From NCBI RefSeq assembly GCF_009834535.1, contig NC_045704.1, forward strand, positions 16,616,001 through 16,680,000: a stretch of 64,000 nt of DNA, written 5' to 3'. Source of the DNA: Camelus ferus (Eukaryota). Below, piece by piece: positions 23,704 to 35,980 of the stretch. Both the position numbers and the translations under genes were made by a program. The notes below the pieces were generated by a model. That model was not told the DNA's origin. It made no database searches and was given only the letters and a program-made list of their open reading frames with translations. The number at the start of each line of letters is the position of its first letter. The stretch's first letter is position 1.

Positions 23704-24372
23704 GATTTTTTGTACCAGTGAACAAGGCCAGATCTGCCCTTCTCCATAGACAATGAATGAGTGGCACCTTTCCTCAGGCTCCTAGAATTAGGGGTCACAT
23801 TGTAGGACCCAGGCATTCAAGGCCCCAGCTTTGGAAGCTATCCCATGTAAGTTTCTGCCCTAAGCTGTTCCCACCTCTATTTCTGGGCTCCAGATGCAAC
23901 CTTCCAACTCACTCACCCAAGCACTAACCTTCTAGTCTCTTCTCCCAAACTCGAAAGGTCAAGACTACTTTGTTCTAAGGAGATGTGACTGCATTTCCTG
24001 GGGGGCTCTGAGACAGGAGATCAAATAGGACATAACCCCTGGATGCCCTGCAACGGGGAGTAAGGACAGAACTACATTTCCCTGCTGCTCTGGGGGCAAG
24101 AGATAAAGGCTGGGCTGTATTTCCTAGGATGCCCTCAGACTGACTGAGAAAAGGACAGAACTAGCATTTCAATGGTACTCTTTGAGCGCAACATTGAAGA
24201 ATGGGTGTTTCCCATGATTTGCTGAGGCAAACCCACAGAGACAAAAAAAATTATGTTCCCATGAGCCCAATGGCATATGAAGAAAAAAGACATTTTCCAT
24301 GGTATCTGGGGGCAGATGAGGGACAACGTTTCTTTTTAGGATCTCCTCCAAACAAGTGCCCCCAGCTGTCAT

Positions 24373-24711
24373 TGTGGTAGCTTAAAGAGGTGGGGTCGAT
24401 ATCTCCGCCTCTTGAACATGAGTGGTTCTGTGACAGCTTTGGCCAATGGAATGTGGTGGAAGTTATGCGACGCCACACTCTGCGCCCAGGCTTTAAGAAA
24501 CTGTCCAGCTCTGGGGAAGCCAGCTGCCACATCAGCGTCCTTCTGCCCTGCTCTGAGGACACCCAAGCTACTTGTGCACGGACGCCCACTGGAGAGAGAG
24601 CCCGAGATGTTCCAGCCATCTCAGCCCAGGCACCAGCCAAGTGGGCGCAGGAGCAACCCTGAACACGGCAACCTCGGCAGATGTAACGTGCAGGAGACCT
24701 GGGAAACCCAA
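24373..24711 (+). mobile_element. MLT1 LTR downstream of PLAUR (matches the human exon 7b region)
   Basis: tgtggtagc start, ggccaatggaatgtggtggaag, ctctggggaagccagctgcca. Confidence 0.7.
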
Positions 24712-25284
24712 CTGTTCTCATTTCCTGCGGCCGCCATGATAAGTTACTACCAACTTACAGATGAGGTGGCTTCAAACAACAGAAATTTATTCTCTCAGAC
24801 TTCCAGATGCTAGAAGTCCGAAATCAAGGTGTTGGCAGAGCCATGCTCCTTCTAAAATCTCTGGGGAAGAATCCTTCCTGGCCTCTTCCTTGCTTCCGGG
24901 GGTTTTGCCGATGGTCCTTGGTGGTCCTTGTCTTGTGACTCCAGTCTCCACCTGTGTCATCACATGGCCTTCTTTTCTGTGAATATGGCTGTGTGTCTCC
25001 AAATCTCTCTCCCCTTATCAGGATACCAGCATTGGATTTAGGGGCCCACCCTAATCCAGTAGGACCTCAACTGTTTTTTTTTAATGGAGGTACTGAGGGT
25101 TGAACCAGGACCTCATTCATGCTAAGCACGCAGTCTACCACTGAGCTATACTACCCGCCTCAGTATGACCTCATCTTAATCACATCTGCAAAGACCCTAC
25201 CTAGTTCCACATAAGGTCACATTCATAGAACCTGGGTGTTAGGGTTTTAACATATATTTTGGGGAGACACAATTCAACCTGCAA
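24712..25284 (-). mobile_element. MLT1C/D-like LTR with a nested SINE
   Basis: aaacaacagaaatttattctctca...gaaatcaaggtgttggcag...acacaattcaacc. Confidence 0.75.
25074..25156 (-). mobile_element. tRNA-Ala SINE inserted in MLT1
   Basis: Flanked by near-identical cagtaggacctca (25057-25069) and cagtatgacctca (25161-25173). Confidence 0.85.
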
Positions 25285-26982
25285 CATCAGGCAACAGCCA
25301 GAACCAAGGTTTCAGATCTGTGGCCCCAGATGAATTAGCCTGTCCATCTCCAGCTGTGGAAGGCAGCCCATTTTGGCCCCAGTCCACTGTGGAGCAGATA
25401 GGCACTGATCCCACTGTGCCTCGCTCAAATTCCCAACCCACAGAATCACAAAATAAAGAGGTTATAGTTTTACAAGGTGGAGTTTGGGGGTATTTTCTTA
25501 TGCTGCAGTGGTTGGCTGGAACAGTCACTTGCTTGGGGGGGTTTGTTGGCTAATTTTCCCCACTCCATACAGGGCAGGGCCTTTCATTTGCTCACTACTG
25601 TATTCCCAGTAGTGCCCAGGATACAGCAGGTGATGCAGAAAGGAAGGAGGGAAGGAAGGAAAGACCACATCTCCTATGGTATCTTATGACAAAACCTGGG
25701 CTAGGGCTATATCTCCCTTGATGCTCTAAGGCAGAGATGAGGCTAAAATGACATTTTCTGAGATGCTTCATAATGAAAACTGAGGCTAGTTTTCTCTCCC
25801 GTAACGCCCTACAGCAGAGATTGTGTTACCAAATTAGACAAGAGACCCTAGTGGAACCAAAATGCCCTGGTTGGTCAGGGATTTCTTTCCTGCTCAGGTT
25901 CTCCCTGCCAATAACGAAATGGAGTTTGGAGCAAGCAAGACAGTCTTTTGTTCAATGGTCAGAGAATGGAGAAGGGGAGCTCATGCTCTAAAGGCACCTT
26001 TTCCCTGATTACACACAGGGACAAGCTTTTTATAGAAAAGGGTAAAGGTTATTGGGGACAGTTTTGTCATTCTGATTTGTGGAAATGGGTGGCGATTTCC
26101 CAGAATGTAGTTCAGGCCTCTTTTCCACCCTGGTCTGGATGGCCCTTCGGAGTGTGGGTCAGAATTGGGTGGAACCAATATGGCGGGGGTGGGTGGAGAT
26201 CTTACTGTTACAATGAAATGGTAATGAGCTGTAGAGTGAGCTTTGTCCCAGTTTGGAAGTTCACAGCTTATACCAGTTTCTTGTGGTTAGGCCCTCTTGT
26301 CTTGTCCTGTAAACACAGCTAGAAGACAGAATCAGTTTTGGTGTTCTGCAAGTTTGCCCAGAGGGAGGTTTTTATTAGAAATCGCGGGGCGGGTGTGGGG
26401 GGCACTTCCTTGCCTCCTTGTCTAAGACAGGCTTACCTGTTTTATAGAAACAGTTTAGGGACCTTTGGGTTGCTCTCCTGGGTGACATCTGGAGCCTAGC
26501 TCCAGTTGATATCCCACAGCAGAGACTGGAGGCTAGGAATACATTTCCCATGATGCCTTACAGCAGAAATTGAGGCCAGGACTGCATCTCCCATGATGCC
26601 CTACAGTGGGGATCAAAGGATAGAAATACATGTTCCATGATGCAGAGACTGAGGCTAGAGATATATTTCTCATAATGTCCTACACCAGAGCTAGTGATCA
26701 GGACATCATCGTTAATGGCTCCCAAGTTTTTGTTCAGGGATCTCGGTTGTAAGAAATAAAACCGGTATAAGCTGACTCAAGCAAAAAAGACCACGTTATT
26801 GGAAGTTTAGAATCCAAGCAAGAGCTCGGTCTCTGGGCTGCACCAGGGACAAGAAACAGAATTGAAAAGCTGTGTGAAATCAATGTTGTTTCCCTTTTGC
26901 AAAATCTGTCTCTCTGTCTCTCTTTGTCACTCTTCCTCTCCTCTGAATGTGTGGTTTCCCTTGTGGGCTGGGCTTTCATTTT

Positions 26983-27138
26983 ATTTTTCTTTCTTTTTTT
27001 TTTTTATAGTGATTTTTTCTTTTTTGAGGGGGTTAGGTAATTAGGTTTATATTTACTTTTAAAGTTGGTACTAGAGATTGGATCCAGGACCTCGTGTTGC
27101 TAAGCACGCATTCTATCACTGAGCTATACCCTACCCCC
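26983..27138 (-). mobile_element. tRNA-Ala-derived camelid SINE
   Basis: ggtaattaggtttat tail plus ccaggacctcgtgttgctaagcacgc...gagctataccctacccc. Confidence 0.8.
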
Positions 27139-28098
27139 TTCACTTTATTTTTCTGTCTCTTCACAGACTACCTTCGTCTGTGTCAAACATAGTAGCCAAA
27201 TATGACCTTGAAATGTCAAGTATTAAGAACTACTTGTGTCTGGTTCTAAAATTTTAAAAGATAGACTCTCCTCTGATGTGGCCCAGTTTGGGTCAGGGCT
27301 CTGCCTACAACCCGCTTTGCTACGGCTGGGGAAGTTTATATCAAAGCCACCAAATACAGTTTTTCAGGTTGTAAACAGGCATCCACTGCTCCTGCAGTTC
27401 TCATGGTACACAGCCCACTCAGCCAGAGCTGGGGAAACAACCTCTGTGAGAGAGATCCTACCACAAAGATGGGGGAGCAAGTGAAAAAGAAGACTACCAC
27501 TTAGAATGTTTTAATCTGCAGGCAGGGCTGCTTCTACATATTCCGCATGAATTACAGGCAATATGGTGGCCAGGGCTGTATTTAAGAGGAGACCCAACTC
27601 AAAATGGTTGAAACAGAGAGGAAATTGATTATCTCACAGAACAAGAGATCATAGGTTAGGACAGTTCCTGTGTTGACTAATTCAGTGTTTCCATTATATC
27701 CCAAAGGATCCATTCAAGCTTATCCAACTCATGGCCTCAAGATGGCTGCTGCAGTTCCAGGCATCACACCCACAGTCAGAGGCAATAACAAAGGGCCATC
27801 TCTTCTTGGGTCTCTTTTTTAAAACAAAGAAAGCTTATCCCCAAACTTCCAGGCTGACTTGCCCTCCTCACGTTTTATTTGCCTGACTTGTTTCATACCC
27901 TCATGCCTAGAGTATTCACTGAAAGGGGGCATGGAACCACAATATTTGGCAAAGTATGTTCTGACCTCACTCCTGGGGCTTCCCCACATCATCTGGCTAC
28001 TAAAGAAAGGTTTATGCCTAAACAAAATCAGGATTCTCTAAGGAAGGAACAAAGGGGCGAGGAATATGTATTGGGGGGGGGGGAATGAGTCTTCTTCC

Positions 28099-28986
28099 TG
28101 TACACGGTGGGGAAAAACCCAGTTCTTCCCTGCTGTGTCTTTCTCCTGTGTGTCTCCTTTGCTCTCACACCACTGCTACACTCACAACACCCTGGTCACC
28201 AAATGTGTGGGTTTTTTTCCCCTCACCCAGCAATTCTTGGTGACACTGGCTGGGTGTTCTACAGCTTAGCTTAATTCTAACACGATCTACCTGGAAATAG
28301 CATCTGATCCCACAGGTTAAAGCCTCAGTCCCACACTCCCCACTTCAGATGACAATCGAAAGTCCAGAATGTTACCTGTGCTTCTGACTGGCTATAAATC
28401 AGACCTCCCCTTCAGGTTTGATTAATCTGCTGGAACATCTCGCGGAACTCAGGAAAATGATTACTTATGTGTACTGGTTTATTATAAAGGATATATATCA
28501 ACATCCAGATGGAAGAGATGCATAGAGCAAAATGTGTGGGAAGGGGCACCAAGCTTCCATGCCCTCTCTGTGAAAGTCACTCTCCCAGCACCTGCATATG
28601 TTCACCAACCCAGAACCTAAACCCCACACCACTGGGATTTCTCTAAGCATGATGGATCATTAAGCCCATTTTTAGTCCTTCTCTGTTTTCTAGAGAATGG
28701 GAAGTAGGGCTGAAAATTTCAAGCTTGTCATCAGGTTTGGTCTTTCCATTGAGCAGCCCTCATCAGGACCCACCAAGAGTCACCTATTAGGACAAAAGAC
28801 ATTCTTATCACCCAGGAAATTACACAGGTTTCAGGAGTCCTGTGTCAGGAACTGTGGTCAGAGACCAAATGTTAGAACAAAAGATGCTCCTGATGCTCTT
28901 ATCATTTAGGAAATTAACAAGGGTTTCAAGCGCTCTGTGTCAGGAATCAGGGGGCAGAGACCAACATATATTTCTGTTATCTCACA
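28099..28986. mobile_element. MER21-like solo LTR
   Basis: ctggtcaccaaatgtgtggg...atctacctggaaatagcatctgatcccacaggttaa...ggggcagagaccaa...ctcaca. Confidence 0.7.
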
Positions 28987-31099
28987 GATGATACTGAGAA
29001 AACAACTGACAAACTCTGAACCATCCCAAGACTTCAGAAACTCGAGAATGGTCTGCTCACAGTGTGTAGCCCATCCCAGCCCCCAAAATAGCAGGCACAG
29101 GAGTTATCTCCCCAATATACGCTTCTGTTTGAGAAAGCTAATTTCACCTCTGACCTGGGGATAGGGGGAACCTGTGGCTCATGTCTAATTTAATAAACAC
29201 AATCTCATCCCCTGGCCATTGATATTAGTTCAGTGATAGGCAGGTGGCATTGTCTGGACCAATGAGACACAATGAAAGGTTTTGGGGGGGGGCTTCTAAG
29301 GAAAAATACTTCCCCACTTTGCTGAGGAGGCTTCTTCAAGTCTCTTTCTTCTTTCCCTTTCTCTTTCTTCTGCTCAGTCTCCCACGATCTGGCTTTCTCA
29401 GTCTGTCTTTCTGTCTTTTTCCCCCTCTCTACTCCTCTCCAAATGTGAAGGAAAAGTGTGACCCCAGAGGCAGCCATCTTGCAACATGAGAGGACCATTT
29501 ACCCTTAAAACAGACCATGCTGAAGTCAGCCATATCCAAGACTTTTATATGTGAAACAATCATTTTTCTTAAGCCAGTTGGGTTGGATTTTCTGTGACCT
29601 GTATGGAAACCCTAATGGATAAAGTACCCTGGAGAAGCATAGGGACAGGACCACCACTCTTATGATGTCCTCAGGTGGAAGAAAAGGCGGGACCCCAAGA
29701 AGATAGATGAGAACCAAGCCAACATCCCCCAGGGTACCCTGAAGCTGGAGCAGGAGATACCAATCTGTTAGAGTCATGAGTATGAGACCTATACGTTCTT
29801 GGGAGGAAAGACAATTCTTAGCTACCCTTTAATCCAGTATCCCAAATCCAAGTTGGAAATTTCTCTCTCACCTATCCTAATACACAGAACATGAGCCCTA
29901 GGAGGATACGAGATTATCCAGCCTGAACACCTCCTTCCCCAGTTTAGAGAAAGGTAAACAGAATTGAAAGGGAAAGGAATCACTTGGAGCTGTAGTCCTG
30001 GGGCCATAGAGTTTGATGGAAGATTGGGTCCCAAGGACAGAGAGGATGCTGGGAGCCATGATCCTGGGGATACAAAGGTTGATGGAGCTTGGGTCCTGAG
30101 GACAGACAGGATGCTGGGAACTGGGTACTGAGGACCCAATGCTGGGAGCTAAAGTCCATTGGTGGATCTGGATGTAGCATTTTTTGGTGATGGAATGATG
30201 GAAATAAAGAGCAATGATTTTCATAGTTGACATATACCAGTTTCCCTGATTGTCAAATGATGGTGGGAGAGATTGAGGTCTCCTTGCTTCCATGGTTTCT
30301 CACTCTTCCTGGGTTCTTAGAGTGACAATCCTGCACTAGGCCTACAAGGTCCCAACAGAAGTGGGCTAAGGGAGACTCACCTCCCAGGAAGAAGGGACCG
30401 AAGTCTGGAGAAGTGAGTCAGTACCAACGATGGAAGAGAAATGAGAAGCGCACATAGAGAGACAGGGACACAGAGCAGGGAAGCAGGGTGGGGAAGCTTA
30501 GTCGCTGGGACCTGGGAGGTGTCCACCAGAGCCTCTCCTTCCTGCTGAATGATGCAGAAACACGGAGCCTCTCCCTCCACTGAATGATGCAGAAACAAGG
30601 AGTTTCTGGGTGAGGACAGGAGGGAGGGTGAAACTTGACCCCAGCCCAGCCTAGCCCTGTCCAGATACCAGGCTGGGGCCTTCCTTCTCAAGGTGGCTCA
30701 GCACACAGCCTGTCACATGACACTGACCCTAGTACTCACCTGTCCACAGAATACCTCTCACACTTACCTTTCCCGTAGCCCACTCCTGTCCCCTCCAGGC
30801 TCACACTATGGAACATGTGCACCCCACACCCACACCTTCACCTCCACCCACCTGTCCGCCAAACACCGCTCACACTCACCTTTCCCCTCAAACTCCCCCA
30901 CCCTCGACTCTCACAGACTCACGCACATAATCGTTTAACACTCTCCCCTCCACACACACCCGCACCCTCGCGTACCCTTCCAACGGCACCCTCACCTTTC
31001 CCACGACACACTCCCCCTCACACATCACCTGCATACGCTCCCCTCTTCACCCGTCACCCACCACCTCTGCCCTCACCCAGCACCCGCACTCTCCCGCCG

Positions 31100-31800
31100 C
31101 GGGTCACGCTCGTACACGCCCCCTGCACGCCCCCGCCCATGGCCCCCCAAGCTCTCAGGCGCCGCCCCCCTCTCCTTCTCCCCCGCACACTCTCTCGGTG
31201 CCCTCTCCCCTATTGTCGGGGGCCTCCCCGCGTCTCCCCGCCCCCTTCCCCGCGCCGGCCCCGCCCCGGCCCCGGCGCCCCGCCCCCCGGGCGGGCAGGG
31301 GGCGGGGCTCGGGGGGCGGNNNNNNNNNNNNNNNNNNNNNNNNNNNNNNNNNNNNNNNNNNNNNNNNNNNNNNNNNNNNNNNNNNNNNNNNNNNNNNNNN
31401 NNNNNNNNNNNNNNNNNNNNNNNNNNNNNNNNNNNNNNNNNNNNNNNNNNNNNNNNNNNNNNNNNNNNNNNNNNNNGGCCTGCCGGCCGGCCGAGCCGGA
31501 GCGGGGGGCGCGCCGCGGTGACAAGCGGGCGGCCGTGGGGCCGCAGAGGCCGAACAATGCGCGCGGGGCCGGGCCGGCCCCCTCCCCGGGACAAAGCGCA
31601 GCGCGGGCCGGGAGCCGGGAGCCGCGAGCGGGGGAGGGGGCGCGGGCCCGGGCCGCCTTGCCGCAGCACCCCCCCAACCCCGGGCAGGCCCCGATCCCGG
31701 CGGGGACAAAGGCCCCGAGACCCCCCCCCAACCCCAAGCCAGCCTTCTCGAAGCTGGCCTCGCTGTCCTTCTGTTCGGTCTGTGTCCCTCTGTCCGCCCG
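31100..31800 (+). promoter_or_regulatory. CADM4: CADM4 CpG-island promoter
   Basis: Very GC/CpG-rich with many GGGCGG boxes, surrounding the gap. Confidence 0.85.
31320..31476 (+). other. CADM4: N gap (157 N) probably hiding CADM4 exon 1 (start codon and signal peptide)
   Basis: No ATG-signal-peptide exon found in the flanks. Exons 2-9 total 1103 bp and need a phase-1 exon of about 64 bp to reach the 388-aa human length. Confidence 0.7.
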
Positions 31801-34800
31801 TCTCTGAGTCCCTCAGTCTCTCTTCTTGTCCCCCTACCCTTGTCCTCGTCCCTCAGTCTCGAAGTCTGTCCCTCTCTCTGTCTCCCTTTCTCCTTGCCTC
31901 TCTGTCCCCCACCTCTCTACCCTGTCTTTGTCCCCCACTTCTGTCCCTTGGTTTCTGTCCCTTTTTACAGGGTCACTCTGCCCGCTCCTCATCATCCTCT
32001 CTATTCCCTTCTCTGTCCCCCTGTATTTCTGCCCTCCCTCTCTGTCCCCATTCTCCCTCTCTGTCCCTGTCTCGCTGTCACCTCTGTTTCTCTGTCCCCA
32101 TCTGTCCCATTCCCTTGTCTCTCTGTCCCTCTCTTCCTGCCATTCCTGTTTTGCTAGCGCCTTCTGTCACCTGTCCCCCGCACTCCCCACTCTCCCTAAT
32201 GCCCTCTCTCTGTCCCACTGCCTCCCTGTCCCCTGGCTCTCCACCTCCCCTCTCTCCCCTTACATCTTCCATCCTGAGATCCCCATTGCCATCCTTCATT
32301 TCTCCGTGTCTCTGTCCCTCTCTTCCCCTGGAGAGGAATTGAGTCAGGCAGGGCATCTGAAGGGCCCTGGTGGGAAATGTGTGTGTGGGGGGGGAAGTGC
32401 ACGGGGACCCTTGACATGTGGGCACACACGTGGAGTCAGCAAATGCCTCCCAAACGCTGCCCCTCCCCACCCATTCACACACCCAGGCCATGACCTACAG
32501 AGAAGCCCCCTCCAGGACATCCAGAAAGCTCTCCGCATACCCTTATCACACACTGGAGAAAGCTGGAGACCTCCCAGATAGGGTGACCCTGAGACCAGGG
32601 ACAAGGTCAGGAAATGTCACCCCCATACTCACACTCTCGCGCTGTGTGTGCCTCATACCTGCCACGGATCACCCCCTCCCGGTGGGGAGAGCCACTCTGG
32701 GGGGAATGGATGCTTGGGAGGTGGATGGGCAGATGTGGGAGGGCTAGATGTCCTGTAGAGATTTGAGAAAGGAATGTAACCAGATGGCACAGGGCTGGGG
32801 GCCTCCCTGGGTGTAAATCCTGGCTCCTGCCATTTGCCGGAGCAGCCAATGGCAAGCGTCCTCCTCTTTCTGGGCCTCAGTTTCCCTTTCTGTAAAATGA
32901 GGACGTTGCACTTGGTGACCTGAAAAGAAAGGTACTCCAGTTTGGACCCCCGAAGGGGTTTCTGGCAAGTTGGGTGCAGGTACACCTTTGCCACTCTACA
33001 GTTTGAGGCAGAGCCTCCCACTCCTCTTTCAGGGACAAGGAGAGGGGCAGAGCTGACCTCTCACCCTCTGCCTTGCTTCATTCTATAGTCTTCTGCCATC
33101 ACGTCAGAACTTTCACCATTACCCCCTTTCTTTGTGCAGACACACCACAATTTACCAGATGAGCTCTTTGATACTTCAGCTGTATCTCCATACAGTTCTG
33201 TTTTTCTTTCTTTGTTAGGCCCTTAAAACCAGGCTCATAGACTCCTAGGACCAATGAATCTAGTAAACAAAGAACCTGAGGGTATTTTAGATGTTGACAT
33301 CTTTCGGATTCCAGAATCCTAAAGTCTTTAGAATCTTGGCACCTTTAAAATTCTGGAACCTTGCTGGCATTAGATTCTAGCCTCCTGGCATCTTTAGAAC
33401 TCTGAAGCCTTGATGTCTTGAAGATCCTGAATCTTGACATGTCTAACATCTAGAATCTTGACAGTTAGAATCATGGTGCTTTGGATTCACAGAATCAGAA
33501 TATAGCCTAAGATAACCACCTACCCAGTTTAAGAATCTTTTTCTAGCACTTCTGGAAGGAGGTAGTCCTACAGGCTTGTCCCTTGCTTAGTTTTAAACTC
33601 ACTGCTTCCTGGTACCCTAAACCCTTCTGTAAACTTTCTTTAAATTAGATGGCATGGGCTTTACAAGTTGGGAGAGAGCTGGGTATCACGGGAAGCATTC
33701 TGAAACCAGGCCCCTCTGGTGTACTTCTGGGCCAGCCCCTGCCCTGTCCCTCTCTGAGCCTCGCTTCCCCTTGTGTTAAGCATGGAGTAGGCAGCTGGAG
33801 TACCTGATCTCAGAGGACCCTGCCTGCTTTTATTGTCATCAGATATTTCTGAATGGCCTTGGCCATCAGATTTTAGGAGGTGTCCATGGTACCCACATTT
33901 CCCTTTTAGTCACTCGCCTTCCTCTCTCACCTTGCCCAGCTGGCTGGGGTGGGGATGGGAGATGGGCTTCGTTTATGCCCTTTCAAAAATGTAGTCTCTC
34001 TTTCCTGGCTCAGTCTTCTGCCAGGAATAGCAGAAGAGGGTGATGAGACTTATGCCAAAAGAAAGAAGGGTCCAGGGTGGGTGGGCGAGAGGAAGTGGGA
34101 GAGAGATGGGTTGCCTGCCCAGAGATGCACAGGCAGAAACAGAGACCCTTCAGGCCAGGAACTGGATAGATCAGAAAGGAACAGAGGAAACAGATACCCA
34201 GATCCAAAGATAAAGAGGCTATTAAGAGTTGGGGGGCTTCGTGGAGGGACAGTTTGTTGATCCCGAATAATGTTTTCCTCCCAAGTGACTCATTTTCCCC
34301 TCCCTCCTAAAGTTCTGACTGGCCACTCTAAGAAGAGGGTTCTGTCACTGATCCCCACCCACCCATGAGCCGGATGCCTGAGTCCCCAGAGCGGAGGTCA
34401 GGTTCCGCAGTGGATTCCAAGATCTTAGACACAGCAGGGCTGGGGCCTGGGGTGGGTTAATGTCGTGCGAGCCTGGCCTGTCCCCATCTTGGGGAACACA
34501 AAGGCAGCTTTCTCTCTGGGGGCGGTGGGTGCTGGGAGACAGTCAGACTTGCCAGCACCCAATGGCCTGTGGCACCAGGACCCAAGCACCCACTAGTTCC
34601 CGCCTGTGCAGACCCCAAGCCCAAAGGTCCTCTGGGAACCAGGCCCCATGGCTCCTTAGCTGGTCCCCAGTGGGGCAGGGGGGCGGCAGCAGAGCCCGGG
34701 CTCTTCTGGAGGGGGGTGAATAGAGGGCACAGGGGGTGGAGGCTAGGACAGTGAGCGCTCAGTGCAGACTTCCCGGAGCAGGAATTGTTCCCCTGACCCC

Positions 34801-35059
34801 ACGCCCAGGGGGAACCTCCAGAGGACTCCCCCACCCCCTGGCTGGGCTTGAGGCCCAGAATCCAGGGAGTTCTGAATATCCCAGGAACGTGGGGGCCACA
34901 GGGGATGTCTGTGTGTGAGGCTGCTGACTCACCCCTACGCCTCCACCTGATGCTTGCTTCACAGATAAGAGGGGGATGAGAGGGCTGGGGAGACAGGACT
35001 GTGGTTCTGGAGGTTGAGGACTGTGGATCCGGAGTCAAAAGTTCCCAGGAGAGGAGTGG

Positions 35060-35420
35060 AAAGGGGGCCTGGACTCCTGGATTCTGAGGGCAGAAGGGGC
35101 TGGGGTTTTAGACTCCTGGTTCTGAAGTAGGAGACCGCTAGGGGTCCTGGACATGTGTGTCAGAGGGAGGAGGGGGCTGGGGTCCCAGACTCCTAGGTCT
35201 GAGGGAGGAGGTAGCTGAGCCTTGGACTCTGGGTCTGAGGGAGGAGGGAGCCAGGGGCTTGAACTCCTAGGTCCAGAGGGAGAAGGGGGCTGGGGCCCCA
35301 GACTCCTAGGACTTGAAGGAGGGTGGAGTGGGGGGTACAAACTCCTGAGTCCTGAGAGAGGAAGGGGCTGGGGGTCTCACTCCAGGTTTCTGAGGGAGGA
35401 GGGGCTGGGACCCTGATGCC
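35060..35420 (+). repeat. About 37-bp minisatellite array (~10 degenerate units)
   Basis: Unit ~ggggcctggactcctgggtctgagggaggaggggct. Confidence 0.85.
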
Positions 35421-35749
35421 TAGGTCCTGCAAATACAGGCGCCTTCACAAGGCTGAGCTGGGGAAGAATTGATGCTTTGTGCGAGGATGTTCGGACTCCG
35501 CCATTGATGGGGGGCTGAGGGGGGGTTCCGTCAGGACGCAGGGATGTACCACCTCCCTAGGGGAGGAAGTGGGGGAAGGAGGCATGATACCAAGAGCCCC
35601 CTAGGGAGAGGATACGGAGGGGGTGGCTGTGACCTTCCCGGATCTGTGACCTTGAGACTCCCTTGGGTATTCGCTGACTCAGGACCCAGGAAGTGCTCCC
35701 CCCACTCCACTTGGTCTCCGTGGAAACATCCACCAGCTGTGTACTCTGG

Positions 35750-35980
35750 ACCCCTGGCTCCTGGGTCCTGAAGGAGGAGGGGGTTGGAGGCCCAGAATCG
35801 TGGATTTGAGGAGGGGGGGCGCGCTTGGGACGTCTGGATTTGAGGCAGGAAGATGCTGAGAACTCCGACTCCTGGTCCTGATGGAGGAGGGCGCAAGGAG
35901 CCTGGACTCCTAGATCCTGGGAGAGGAGGCAGTTGGGGGCCAGACTCCTGGGTCTAAGGGAGAAGAACGCTGGATTCTGG
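35750..35980 (+). repeat. 37-bp minisatellite array (~6 units)
   Basis: Same unit, more diverged. Confidence 0.75.

Noticed and set aside
30815-32581. Long Pro/Ser/Leu-rich ORFs around the CADM4 promoter
   Set aside because: GC-rich and CT-repeat low-complexity DNA, partly spanning N; no recognisable domain.
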